A stretch of 64,000 nt of DNA, from the NCBI GenBank assembly GCA_965203325.1, contig OZ241875.1:1184001-1248000 (forward strand), in the 5' to 3' direction. The position numbers and the translations under genes were made by a program. Positions 41,464 to 51,660 of this stretch are shown here, piece after piece (within the stretch, counting starts at the first letter, position 1; each line of letters opens with the position of its first letter). The notes below the pieces were generated by a model. It searched no databases and was not told where the DNA came from. It saw only the letters and a program-made list of their open reading frames with translations. Source of the stretch: a bacterium. Lineage in GTDB: Bacteria; UBA8248.

Positions 41464-41515
41464 CCTGCGCGCCGTACGCGGTCACGCATGCGACCGGCTG
41501 CGCAGGGGTATGACA
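41464..41515 (+). other. Candidate oriT
   Basis: Nested inverted repeat upstream of the relaxase followed by TGCGCAGGGGTAT, loosely like the F nic region. Confidence 0.35.
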
Positions 41516-41659
41516 AAAAAATTTTCCGCATCGCGCCTCACCCAGGCCCCGCGCCGGCGAGAGGCCGAGCCGGGCCGGGAGGCGGGCGCGGGAGCCGGGG
41601 CCGGAGAGGCCAAGCGGCGCCCGCGACCCCTTCACCCGCTGACCCTGGAGGCGCGACTC

Positions 41660-42001
41660 ATGAGTAACCGGAAACCATCCCAATACACCCGTGCCCTCGT
41701 CCTCGCGGGACCCGCTCTGGCGCTCCTCGCCACAATCCTCTCTCTCGCGGCAGGTAGCGGCCTCCGCCCCCTGTGGGCTGTCTGGGCCTGTGCGGCCCTC
41801 TGGTGCCTCCTCACGGCCCTCTCCTGCGTCCTGTGGCGGGGGTTCCGCCGCGGGGACTGGACGGCCTTTCATCGCTACGAGCTGCCCGACGGGAAAGAAG
41901 AGGACTTCGAGTGGTCCGCCCGGACCGGACGCTACGCCTGGCGCCGCGATGTCGAGGAGGAGGAACTGTTCGGCCAGGACCCGGACGCACCCTTCCCGTA
42001 G
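41660..42001 (+). CDS. Hypothetical two-TM protein
   Basis: GGAGG RBS, two hydrophobic segments, acidic tail. Confidence 0.65.
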   Translation: MSNRKPSQYTRALVLAGPALALLATILSLAAGSGLRPLWAVWACAALWCLLTALSCVLWRGFRRGDWTAFHRYELPDGKEEDFEWSARTGRYAWRRDVEEEELFGQDPDAPFP

Positions 42002-42190
42002 AAGGCCCCCAAGCCGAACGAAGACTCCCCTGAACGAACGGACCGCCTTCTTTCCCGCCGGCGGCGGCTCTGCGCCCCGAAGAGGCGGAGTCCGGCCGGG
42101 AGGGGGCGGCGGAGGGGAGCCGGGAGGGAGTCTTCTCGCGTTCGTGGCTCGCCTCCGCCGCCATCATCCACCCACCCAAGGAGGCGCGCG

Positions 42191-42487
42191 ATGCGGAAAC
42201 CCGGACCTGAAGCGGACACCTTCCTCACCCATCTCTTCACCCGCGGCCTGGCGGACGAGCGCTACGAAGTGAAACGCTACAAGTCCGCCGATGGCGACAT
42301 CAGGCCCGTGCCCGACAGGGAGAGCGGGAGGCGCAAGAAGAAGAGAGCTACGGCCTCGCGGAAAGCGGTCCGCGAGATGCGTCCCGCACGGGACGAGCTC
42401 ATCGTCTGCACGGGGCTCCGGGTCCCCGGCAGCGGCCTGCAGCTGTGGGGCGAGCACCTCGTGTGGGCCCGGATGCTCACCCGGTGA
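42191..42487 (+). CDS. Hypothetical protein
   Basis: AAGGAGG RBS directly upstream. Confidence 0.6.
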   Translation: MRKPGPEADTFLTHLFTRGLADERYEVKRYKSADGDIRPVPDRESGRRKKKRATASRKAVREMRPARDELIVCTGLRVPGSGLQLWGEHLVWARMLTR

Positions 42488-42581
42488 GGAACTCCCCCCG
42501 GGGAGGACTTCCGCCCGCAAGACGTCTCGCCGGCCCGGCGCCGGCCGCACGGATTCCATCCACCCCAGGGAGGGAGGCGGG

Positions 42582-43391
42582 ATGCCCTACAAGGACCTGG
42601 AAAAAGCCCGAGCTTACGAGCGCGAGCGCCACCGCAAACGCACCGCCGACCGACTCGCACGGGGCATGTGTCCCCGGTGCGGAAAGATTCCTCCCGCGCC
42701 CGGGCGCAGTCTGTGCGAGCCCTGCCTCGAGAGGGACCGGGAGACCCGACGCGCCCGATACGCCGAAGCCCGAGCGGGGGGAGCCCCATATGGTGGACGC
42801 GACCCCGAGAGCCGCCGGCGCATGGCGCGCGAGAGGAGCAAACGCCGCAGGCGCGAGCGCACCGAAGCCGGGTTGTGCCCGCGCTGCGGACGCGAGCCCG
42901 TCGAGGACGGCGCCGTCTGCGAACCCTGCCGGGAGGCGAGGCGCGCTGAAGAACGAAAGCTCTACGCCGCCAGGAGAGCGAAAGGGCTTTGCGGACGGTG
43001 CGGTGCGGAAGTCGTCGATGAGGCTTCGACGTGCGCTTCGTGCGCCGCAAAAGAAGAAAAACGCCGTCCGCGCAAGAACGCCGCCAGCATGAAACGCTAT
43101 CACGACAGGCGAGCCCTCGGACTTTGCGTCGACTGCGGCGTCCATACGGACACAGGTGTGAGATGTACTCCCTGCGCGCGCCGATCGTACCACTCCTCGG
43201 CAGAGCACAAGGGGATGCCCGTCTATCCGCCGCGCTTCACCGTGGTCGAACTAGCCACGGGCATCGAACACGGACCCTGGGACTCCTGGGAGGAGGTGGC
43301 GATGTGCCTCGCCTTCGAGAAGCTCTCCCGAGATGAGGTCGAGATCGTGGCCGATGAGCCCCTCATCTCGACCCTCACTGCGTGGGAGTGA
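42582..43391 (+). CDS. Arg-rich protein with four CxxC..CxxC zinc-ribbon repeats
   Basis: GGAGG RBS; CPRCG..CEPC twice, CGRCG..CASC, CVDCG..CTPC. Confidence 0.8.
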   Translation: MPYKDLEKARAYERERHRKRTADRLARGMCPRCGKIPPAPGRSLCEPCLERDRETRRARYAEARAGGAPYGGRDPESRRRMARERSKRRRRERTEAGLCPRCGREPVEDGAVCEPCREARRAEERKLYAARRAKGLCGRCGAEVVDEASTCASCAAKEEKRRPRKNAASMKRYHDRRALGLCVDCGVHTDTGVRCTPCARRSYHSSAEHKGMPVYPPRFTVVELATGIEHGPWDSWEEVAMCLAFEKLSRDEVEIVADEPLISTLTAWE

Positions 43392-43414
43392 ATGCCGGCG
43401 GCCGCGCCTGCATG
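43175..43414 (+). repeat. Left copy of imperfect direct repeat
   Basis: Aligns with 56117-56350. Confidence 0.85.
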
Positions 43415-43544
43415 CACCGCCGTGGCGCACGAGAGCGTGAGCAGCGCGCAAAGAGGGATGAGCCATGCCAAAGAACGGTTCAGTTCCGGTTATTCCCTCT
43501 CAAAAAGAAATCATCATCGTGGTTTTCAGTATCCGGGGCGCGAT

Positions 43545-43862
43545 TCACTTCATCAAAATTTTGTAGTGCAGTCTTGCACTCCTTATCTCTCCATTATAGA
43601 AACGTATATTGCTGTTTCTACACCCGCTCCTTCCGTCTTTCAGCCTGTTGAACCCGGCTAACGTCCGCTTGAGTTTTTTCCGCAAACTGGCGATTTTCCG
43701 GTCGCGCTCGCGCGACTGGCGCGTCAGCCTCTCCCGTCGTTCCCTTTCCTTTTGTTGCTCCCTTCGCTGCCGCTCAAGCTGCTCGCGCCTTTGCTGTTCG
43801 GCCCTGCGCTGCCACGCCAATTTTTCCCGCTGTCGGCGTAACCTTCGAGACAGAGCCTGCAA
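43545..43862 (-). pseudogene. Orphan coiled-coil plus tip fragment
   Basis: R/Q/E-rich coil like the C-terminus of 43968-48035, followed by a different tip; no clear start. Confidence 0.45.
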
Positions 43863-43967
43863 TGATCTTTGTGCGACGCTGCTTGAAATCCATCACAACT
43901 CCCGAGTCCCTATTAAAAACAAGCATAAATGCTCCCGTTCGCCGAGGTCAGATATCGCCTGGGCGAG

Positions 43968-46900
43968 TCAGTGGGTGCATCTCGCTTCCCATTGCTGACC
44001 CTCGATTCCTTTGAGGAATCCTCGCACGGCACCCAGACCATGGAAGTGGTTGCCGGCCCTGAGCGCCCGTTCCATGAATGCGCGCTTTCTGCCGAGGCAA
44101 CTCAAGATATTATCTTTGCACCAGGTGACGAGTCGTCTGCGGTTTTCCCGTACGATGCGACACTTTCGGGGATCTCTTGTTCCGGAAGTGCAAACGAATT
44201 GCACGGTGCGATCCGCTTTTTCCGCGATTTTATTGCAGTCATTCCTGTCCCATTTCAATATCCGCGTGATGTCCGCCTGGATTTTGACCTCCTTTTGCCG
44301 TTGCAGTTGCTGTCTTTGTCGCGCCCGTTCCTGCTGGACCCGTCTTTGTCGCGCCATTTGTTCTTGTCGCCGGCGCTGGGCTTGCAATTGCGCCTGTTGT
44401 CTGCGGGCGGCCTGTCTGCGGGCCTCTTCCTGACGTCTTTGGTATTCCGCCTGCCTTCGGGCCTGCTCCTGTCGTCGCTTCGCTTCCTCACGTAGGCGCG
44501 CCTGTTCTCTGCGTCTGGCTTCTTCGGCCCGTCTTTGGGCTTCCGCCCTTCGTCTGCTGTTTTCCTCTTGTTGTGCCCGGTATGCCGCCTGTCTGCGGGC
44601 CTCCTCCTGCCGTCTTCTGTATTCCGCCTGTCTCCGGGCCTCCTCGCGCTGTCTTCTGGCCTCCGCCCGTCTGCGAGTCTGCTCTTGGCGCCTTCTGTAT
44701 TCGGCCCGTCTGCGTCTGTTCTCCGCACGGATTCTCGCGTTCTCACGCTCCTGCGCCCTGCGCTGCCGCCGTATGCGCTCCAGCGCCCTCATGCCCCCGG
44801 TGGACTGGAAAAGCCCTCCCGAACTCGAAGAGGAGCGCCGCCTGGACGAGTAGGAGCGGCTGGAGCCGGACGAGTAGGATGACGAGGAACTGTACGAGCG
44901 CGCTCGCTGTGCGGCTCTTCTGCGCGCCAGCTCTCTTTTCTTCTCGGCTCTTCTGCGCGCCAGTTCTCTTTTCTTTTCGGCCCTTCTTCTCGCCAACTCT
45001 CTTTTTTCCTCGGCCTTTCTTCTCGCCAACTCTCTTTTCTTCTTCTCCGATCCGTATGCGCGCCCCAGTGAACCAGCCTTGGCCAGGGCCTGCCTGACGT
45101 CCGCGCGCCTTGCGATGCCCTTTTTGTCCTTGTCCTCCGCCCTGTCCCCGTCGCGGTTTTTGATGTTGGGGTCCGCCCCGGCCTGAAGCAGGGCGATGGC
45201 GACAGCGGCTTCTCCCTTCTGAAAGGCGTCGTGCAACGAGGTATCCCCGTTCTTGTCCCGATCGTTCGGATCTGCGCCGGCCTTTACCAGGGCAGCGAAG
45301 ACAGCGGGGTTCTTGTTCCACCGGGCTGCGCCGTACAAGGGGGTATTGCCCCGTTTGTCGCGCGCGTTGAGGTCTGCGCCCGCTTTGAGCAGGACGGCGA
45401 CGGCGGCGGGGTTCTTGTTCCACCGGGCTGCCGTGTGCAAGGGGGTATCGCCCTGTTTATTGCGCGCGTTGAGGTCCGCGCCCGCTTTGAGCAGGGCGGC
45501 GAAGACGGCGGGGTTCTTGTTCCAAGCTGCGTCGTGCAAGGGGGTATTGCCCCGTTTATCACGCGCATTGGGGTCCGCGCCCGCTTTGAGCAGGGTGGCG
45601 AAGACGGCGGGGTTCTTGTTCGAGACTGCGTAGTGCAAGAGGGTATTCCCCTTTTTATCGCGCGCGTTGAGGTCTGCGCCCGCTTTGCGCAGGGCGGCGA
45701 AGACGGCGGGGTTCTTGTTCATGGCTGTGCCGTGCAAGGGGGTAGCGCCCTGTTTATTGCGCGCGTTGAGGTCTGCGCCCGCTTTTAACAGAGCAGCGAC
45801 GGTGGCAGGGTTCTTGTTCCGCCCGGCTGCCTCGTGCAAGGGGGTATCGCCCCGTTTATCGCGCGCATTGAGGTCTGCGCCCGCTTTTAACAAGGCGGCG
45901 ACGACGGCGGGGTTCTTATTCCCGGCTGCCTCGTGCAAGGGGGTATCGCCCCACTTGTCGCGCGCATTGAGGTCTGCGCCCGCTTTGAGCAGGGCGGCGA
46001 CGACGGCGGGGTTCTTGTTCCAGGCTGCCTTGTGCAAGGGGGTATCGCCCCACTTGTCGCGCGCATTGAGGTCTGCGCCCGCTTTTAACAGGGCGGCGAC
46101 GACGTCGGGGTTCTTGTTCCAGACTGCCCTGTGCAAGGGGGTAGCGTCCCGTTTATTGCGCGCGTTGGGGTTTGCGCCCGCTTTTGCCAGGGTGGCGACG
46201 ACGGCGGGGTTCTTGTTCGAGGCTGCGTAGTGCAAGGGGGTAGCGTCCTGTTTATCGCGCGCGTTGGGGTTTGCGCCCGCTTTCAACAACATGTTGGCGA
46301 CGGCGGCGTTTTGATTGAAAATCGCCGCCCAGTGCAGAGGGGTCCTGTTGTTTTTATCCGGCGTCTTCGGGTCTGCGCCCGCCTTGAGCAAGTCGGAAAC
46401 GACGGCAGGGTTTTGATTGAAAGTAGCTTCATGCAGACGGGTAACGCCGTATTCCTTTCGTTGCGGTTCGGTGAGAGCATTGAGCAAGATAGATGTGATT
46501 TTGTTCTCTTGCGAAAACGCCATATCCAGCGGGATGCTACCGAATTTATTCTGCGCGTTCGGGTCTGCGCCCGCTTCGAGCAGCGCGGCGGCGACTGCGG
46601 GGTTTTTGTTGTAACGCGCGGCCCAGTGCAGGGGGGTATCGCCCCACTTGTCGCGTGCTTTCGGGTCGGCGCCGGCTTTGATGCATTCATTCACTTTCTC
46701 GGGCGTTGCGGTTTTGAAGAAATCCGGCGTGTTCCATCCCGGGCAATTCGCGTCGGCGGTTTTTTCTTTTCCCGAAGCCGTCGGTGCGCGGCTCGCCTTC
46801 GCTTTCGTTTCTTTCGCCGGAGCCTCGGCGGCGCGCGCCGCGCTCTTTGCGGAGGTCGCCTTCGCGGGCTCGGATTTGCTCGCCTGCGCGGACTCGCCGG

Positions 46901-48035
46901 CGGCTTTATGCGTCTCCCTGCTCGATGCCGCGTCGCTGCTCATCACCTTCTTCGCGGTGGTCGCTTTCTCGGGCTTGCTTATCGCCATGCGAACCACGCC
47001 GTCGTCGCCGCCCAGGGCCTTGAGGGCCGCTTCATAGCCGGCATGGCCCTCCTGGTTGCCGTCCTCATCCACGCCCGAAAGCGTGGCTTCCCCGGCCGCG
47101 TTTTTGGGCCGAGATTCGTCGGAGGCGAAACCATGCGCCGGTATCTCCTCGCCGCCCTGCCGGCCATATTCGAAATCCGCCACGTAATACCTGCCGTCCT
47201 CGCCCAGAAAGGTCCCCCTGCCGTGCGGAACCTCGTCTCTGTAGCCGCCCTGGTACAGAATTTGTCCGCTCACGGACGTAACGGTTCCGTAGCCGTGCGG
47301 TTTTCCGTCTTTCGCCGAACCGGTGTAGATCATTCCGTCGGAGGTGGTCGCTCGTCCGTTTCCGCTCGCCTTGCCGTCCTTGCACGGCCCCGACCAGTCG
47401 AGGGATTCGTTGCCGACCTCCAAGCTGCACTTGCGGGCGACGGGCGCCGCGCGGGCGGTAGCGGCGCCGGGAGGGCTTACCTCCCTGCCCGGAGGATCCG
47501 AAGTATCGGGGGCGGCAGATTCGACTTGTCTCGCGGGCTCGCCGCCGGCCGCGCCCGGAGGCACGGCTTCCCCCGCTGCGGCGTTCGCATCAGCCGCCTT
47601 TCCGGGCAGAGACTCGCCGGAGGCGGTGTCTTGCGCAGGCTTCTTCTCGTCGGCCTGCCGGTCATCGCTGAAAAATATAAGGCGCCGCTGGCCGTCATCT
47701 TCCATTAGGAGTTCGCCAATGATGCGATTTCCATCGGCGTCTTTCCCCGTATGTCGGCCGTGGATTTCGCCATTTCGGAATTCGCCCTCGAGATGAATGC
47801 CGTCCTGGAAGCGTATTTTCCCCCGTCCGTGCGCGTGGCCGTCTTTCGCCGAACCCGAGTAGGTACCATTGGGAAAAGTTGCAAAGCCGGTTCCATACGC
47901 CTCGCCGTCCTTGCACGGTCCCTTCCAATTGCCTACGCCTCCCCTGAGTTCCAGGTAGCACTCTTCGGCCTGCGCGTTGTTTCCCGTCAGGAAGATGAAT
48001 ACGATCAGCGCGCATAACAGGATGGCGTTTTTCAT
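43968..48035 (-). CDS. Secreted MORN-like plus ankyrin-repeat (about 15) plus coiled-coil protein
   Basis: Signal peptide; two WxGPCKDG..G modules; ADLNARDKxGxTPLHxAA repeats; R/E/Q coil; Cys-containing tip. Confidence 0.92.
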   Translation of the reverse strand: MKNAILLCALIVFIFLTGNNAQAEECYLELRGGVGNWKGPCKDGEAYGTGFATFPNGTYSGSAKDGHAHGRGKIRFQDGIHLEGEFRNGEIHGRHTGKDADGNRIIGELLMEDDGQRRLIFFSDDRQADEKKPAQDTASGESLPGKAADANAAAGEAVPPGAAGGEPARQVESAAPDTSDPPGREVSPPGAATARAAPVARKCSLEVGNESLDWSGPCKDGKASGNGRATTSDGMIYTGSAKDGKPHGYGTVTSVSGQILYQGGYRDEVPHGRGTFLGEDGRYYVADFEYGRQGGEEIPAHGFASDESRPKNAAGEATLSGVDEDGNQEGHAGYEAALKALGGDDGVVRMAISKPEKATTAKKVMSSDAASSRETHKAAGESAQASKSEPAKATSAKSAARAAEAPAKETKAKASRAPTASGKEKTADANCPGWNTPDFFKTATPEKVNECIKAGADPKARDKWGDTPLHWAARYNKNPAVAAALLEAGADPNAQNKFGSIPLDMAFSQENKITSILLNALTEPQRKEYGVTRLHEATFNQNPAVVSDLLKAGADPKTPDKNNRTPLHWAAIFNQNAAVANMLLKAGANPNARDKQDATPLHYAASNKNPAVVATLAKAGANPNARNKRDATPLHRAVWNKNPDVVAALLKAGADLNARDKWGDTPLHKAAWNKNPAVVAALLKAGADLNARDKWGDTPLHEAAGNKNPAVVAALLKAGADLNARDKRGDTPLHEAAGRNKNPATVAALLKAGADLNARNKQGATPLHGTAMNKNPAVFAALRKAGADLNARDKKGNTLLHYAVSNKNPAVFATLLKAGADPNARDKRGNTPLHDAAWNKNPAVFAALLKAGADLNARNKQGDTPLHTAARWNKNPAAVAVLLKAGADLNARDKRGNTPLYGAARWNKNPAVFAALVKAGADPNDRDKNGDTSLHDAFQKGEAAVAIALLQAGADPNIKNRDGDRAEDKDKKGIARRADVRQALAKAGSLGRAYGSEKKKRELARRKAEEKRELARRRAEKKRELARRRAEKKRELARRRAAQRARSYSSSSSYSSGSSRSYSSRRRSSSSSGGLFQSTGGMRALERIRRQRRAQERENARIRAENRRRRAEYRRRQEQTRRRAEARRQREEARRQAEYRRRQEEARRQAAYRAQQEENSRRRAEAQRRAEEARRREQARLREEAKRRQEQARRQAEYQRRQEEARRQAARRQQAQLQAQRRRQEQMARQRRVQQERARQRQQLQRQKEVKIQADITRILKWDRNDCNKIAEKADRTVQFVCTSGTRDPRKCRIVRENRRRLVTWCKDNILSCLGRKRAFMERALRAGNHFHGLGAVRGFLKGIEGQQWEARCTH

Positions 48036-48474
48036 GGCGTGTCCCTCCTGGCAACCGACGCGGCGACCGCCACCCCCCGGAGCATGAACTCACGGCGGGA
48101 GCGCGCCGCCCTCAAGATGTTCACTCTGAACGATACTCGATTATAACCGAGTGCATCACTTCTCCAATCAGTATAGCAATCTCTTGCTATTGCTCAATTG
48201 CCGAATCAGATCTTCGCCTGCCAATTCAAGCCTAATTCCTCCACGGGGAGGACAGGGCGCCGTGAGAGTCTCAAACGGTATTTTGGACGAAGAATAGAAG
48301 TCGGCTCGATATCTTTCTCCTTACATCGGGGAGAGGGAAGCCGGGGCAAAGGCCAATCGTGCTTCCTCCACCGATCGGTTTCGACCTGCCGGCGGAGCGA
48401 GCCTTACACCGTCTCGCAACGCTCTGGTTTCTCTTCTGCTCGCCGCTTCATGAACCGGGTGTGTTCAATTTCAT

Positions 48475-48607
48475 TCTAGGTTCTTTCGGTACAACGCGGG
48501 CCAAGCGAATGCGTTATCAAACTTTGGCGTTGCGCCGTGTTGACAATCATCGCGGGAGTTTCGCCCTTTTCGTTCAGGGCGTTCACATCGGCGTTCCTGA
48601 TTTCATT
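48475..48607 (-). pseudogene. Ankyrin remnant
   Basis: Manual translation gives NADVNALNEKGETP in a short closed frame. Confidence 0.45.
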
Positions 48608-48656
48608 GCGAACTTCGTATAATCAAAGAGATTAAAAATTGCCTTATCTGTATAGA

Positions 48657-49079
48657 TTACCTTTTACGAATACTTGGGCATCCTTTCTTGGTATCACAAT
48701 GACAATTGAATTTTTTTGTTCGGATAACCCACTTCGGTATAAAACCCTCCTGACACACTCCGAACAAAAACTTTTGTAAATCATCCATGTTAGGCCGCCC
48801 ATATTCCCGTCCATGCTTCTCCTCGTTGGGACCGAGAGATACAAACCTGTGCTCTGTCCCGTTTACACAACCGCGTGAGTTAGAGAATAAACTACCTCTC
48901 AAACGAGCGTCGCGTGCATTCATGTGACCGTAGCAGTAACTTACAACCACGGGCTTATCGCAAACATTCCTTATGTGTCTTTCAAATATAGTGAACCAAT
49001 CGGTGTCATATAATGACCACGACTTATCGTAGCGGTAACGCTTGTGTTGGGCGTCCCTGAACTTAATGCAGTGGGACAT
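48657..49079 (-). CDS. Low-GC Cys-rich hypothetical protein
   Basis: GGAGGG RBS; same frame as the upstream gene; several Cys. Confidence 0.55.
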   Translation of the reverse strand: MSHCIKFRDAQHKRYRYDKSWSLYDTDWFTIFERHIRNVCDKPVVVSYCYGHMNARDARLRGSLFSNSRGCVNGTEHRFVSLGPNEEKHGREYGRPNMDDLQKFLFGVCQEGFIPKWVIRTKKFNCHCDTKKGCPSIRKR

Positions 49080-49100
49080 ATCCTGCCCTCCGGCCTGGCC

Positions 49101-51572
49101 TTAGGGAATAGTCTCGATCAACCCGATAGCCTTGATGAGGGCCATTTTCTTGCTGGCACGGGCCAGACCCTCCGCCGTCCTTCCCTTCGGCCCCTTGATC
49201 TTGGGGTCGGCTCCCGCCTTCATCAGCAACTTGATGATCTCGGAACGCCCGCGCAAGGCGGCGATGAACAGCGCCGTCGCGCCGTCCGCCGCCCGCAGGT
49301 TCGGTTTCGCGCCCGCCTTGAGGAGCGGGGGCACGAGCAGCGAGTAGCCCTTGTTTGCCGCGTACATGAGCGGTGTCCAGCCGCGCCTGCCGCGTGCGTT
49401 GGGATCGGCACCTGCCGCCAGCGCCTTCTTGAGGGCGGAGAGATCCCCCGTAGCTGCTGCGCGCAGGGCCGCTTTCGCTCGCGCTAACGCAAAGCCGATT
49501 GCGGGTCGCGCCTGCTCTCTTGTGGGTTTCCTGCTTATTTTCCGGCGCGGGGGTATCGCGGTGATCCTCCGCCTGCCGGCGGCCCGCCATGCCCGGGCCA
49601 GCTTGTGCGCTTCGGCCTGTTCTTCAATCGTCATCCGCTTCGCCAGCGCGTCACGCTCCGCCGCTGCCTTGGCGTCGCCCCGCGCCGCCGCTAGATTGAG
49701 CCACTTGTGCGCCTCAACGAAGTTCTGCGAAACGCCCAGCCCCTTCACGAAGGCCCTACCCAGCGCCAGCATCGCGCGCCGGTCGCCCGCCCGCGCTGCA
49801 GCATGCAAAGGAGTAAGGCCCAATTTGTCGCGCGCCATACTCTTTGGGATGGCCTCTTGGGACGCAGGCTCGGGTTTGTTCGCCTGCGCGGACTCGCGGT
49901 CGGCTTTTCTGATCAATCCGGACCGCTTGCCGCCCTTATAAGTCCCTTCAGCGACGGTTCCGTCGTCATATCGATCGATCCAGTGGCCGTGCCTAATACC
50001 TTTGCGCAGCTCTCCCTCGCCCGAGGAGGATTTCCACACGCCCTGCCGCCGGAATCGCCAAACCAGCTTGCCCTTGCCGGACGCTCTGCCGTCCACGCAG
50101 CGGCCCGACCAGGTGACCGTATTTTCAGGTTGAGGATTCGGATTCCACGTATAGCATCCGCGCCTGTTGGCGAGTTCCATCCAGCACCCCGAGCCCGTCT
50201 GCCCCGTACAGAGGGGTTCGGGTCTGGCGGGCCTGCAGGCAACTGATGCCAGGAGAGCATCCGGCTCGCCGCTCGCCAGATACCCGGCCGCCCTGGAGCC
50301 TTTCTTGCCTTTTCTCTTCTGCCACGTGCGTATCGCCTCTCGCGTGCGGGGGCCGAACTCGTCACCTGGTTTTCCCTGGTCGAGCTTCAGTTCCACGAGA
50401 CACGCCTGGATTTCACGTTTCACAGCGCGGCTCAGGTTCAGTTTCTTCTCCCGCGCCCTGGCTTTCAGCAGGTCGGTCGCGCAAATGCCGGTATCCCTGT
50501 CCACGTAGCCACCCGCCTTGTACAGGAGAACCCGGCCCGATGAGCCTTTCGCCGTATGGTCGTAGGCCACTTTCCCGGTCTTATCGCGCAGGCACGGATC
50601 GGCCCCGCCCGCCAGGAGCACCTCCATCTCCTTCACGATGTTGTCCTTGTGCTTCGCCGCCCGGATGAGAGGGGTGTCGCCCCTGGCGTCCCGCAGGTCG
50701 GGGCCGGCGCCGTGTTTTATCAAAAGAATGATCAGATTTTTCATGTCGTAATCGTAGGATATTGAATTGCCGGGCAGCGACAGCGCCTCGAACAGGGGCG
50801 TTTCGCCCTCCTCGTTTCGCGTATTCGGATCGGCGCCGTGCCTGAGAAGCATGGTGGCGTGCCCGGTCTTGGTGAACACCGGGTGACCTCGCCTGATAAG
50901 CAGCATCAACGGCGTGTCTCCTTTTGCGTTCTTGATGTTCGGATCGGCCTTGGCTTCCTGCAACAAAGCCTTGAGGACATCGGTTCGCGCGCCCGCCGTT
51001 CCCGATGATCTTGGGAGTTCGCGGATCGGGAACGCGCCTTGTTGCTCCACGTAATCATAGAGGACATGAAGCGGCGTATTCCCCCGCCTGTCCCGGGCGT
51101 TCGGATCGGCCCGGCACGACTTCCCCGACTTGTCACCCTGGGCGCACTCTCTTTGCACACCCTCTCTCGCTTCGCACCGCACCAGTATCCGGATCGATTC
51201 AGCGCCGGGGCCGAGGGCCTCCTGCGTAGCGGCGAAATGAAGCGGCGTGGCGCCGAATCTGTTCTTGCGGTTGCAGTCTCCACCGAGCCGCACCGCCTCG
51301 CGAAGGATGTCCAACCGGTTCGCCGACGCGTAGTGGATGAACGTATTCTGGTCCGAGTCCAGAGCGCGATTGGGATCGGGAGCGCCCCATTCGCCTCGAA
51401 GCCATTCCCAGACCTTCTCCGCCGCGGAGCCGATGGTTGGGGCCCTATGCAATTCCTCTGTGAGAACGTGGGCCTCTTGTTTTTTCTGGGCCGCAGCCGG
51501 GGCAATCGAGGCGACGAGAAGGAAAGAACACAGAACAAGCGCGAGGGTTCTCATGAAAAGCCTCCATCGCAA
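49101..51572 (-). CDS. Secreted ankyrin plus PG-binding-like plus MORN-like plus Sel1 protein
   Basis: Signal peptide, TPL ankyrin repeats, FGPRTREAIRTWQ, WSGRCVDG, AHKWLNLAAARG. Confidence 0.9.
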   Translation of the reverse strand: MRWRLFMRTLALVLCSFLLVASIAPAAAQKKQEAHVLTEELHRAPTIGSAAEKVWEWLRGEWGAPDPNRALDSDQNTFIHYASANRLDILREAVRLGGDCNRKNRFGATPLHFAATQEALGPGAESIRILVRCEAREGVQRECAQGDKSGKSCRADPNARDRRGNTPLHVLYDYVEQQGAFPIRELPRSSGTAGARTDVLKALLQEAKADPNIKNAKGDTPLMLLIRRGHPVFTKTGHATMLLRHGADPNTRNEEGETPLFEALSLPGNSISYDYDMKNLIILLIKHGAGPDLRDARGDTPLIRAAKHKDNIVKEMEVLLAGGADPCLRDKTGKVAYDHTAKGSSGRVLLYKAGGYVDRDTGICATDLLKARAREKKLNLSRAVKREIQACLVELKLDQGKPGDEFGPRTREAIRTWQKRKGKKGSRAAGYLASGEPDALLASVACRPARPEPLCTGQTGSGCWMELANRRGCYTWNPNPQPENTVTWSGRCVDGRASGKGKLVWRFRRQGVWKSSSGEGELRKGIRHGHWIDRYDDGTVAEGTYKGGKRSGLIRKADRESAQANKPEPASQEAIPKSMARDKLGLTPLHAAARAGDRRAMLALGRAFVKGLGVSQNFVEAHKWLNLAAARGDAKAAAERDALAKRMTIEEQAEAHKLARAWRAAGRRRITAIPPRRKISRKPTREQARPAIGFALARAKAALRAAATGDLSALKKALAAGADPNARGRRGWTPLMYAANKGYSLLVPPLLKAGAKPNLRAADGATALFIAALRGRSEIIKLLMKAGADPKIKGPKGRTAEGLARASKKMALIKAIGLIETIP

Positions 51573-51660
51573 TGTGACGGTGCAATGATATTGTTTATTA
51601 TCGAATCGAGCATCGAGTCAATTTCTTCTCTCCGCTCCCCCGAGGCGAAACGGTACATCC

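Noticed and set aside
45150..46330. Regular ~100-bp repeats as a CRISPR array
   Set aside because: They are in-frame ankyrin coding repeats without unique spacers; no cas genes
49080..49103. Stop-codon readthrough joining 49101-51572 to 48657-49079
   Set aside because: The stop is TAA and the downstream ORF has its own GGAGGG RBS and ATG; no recoding signal
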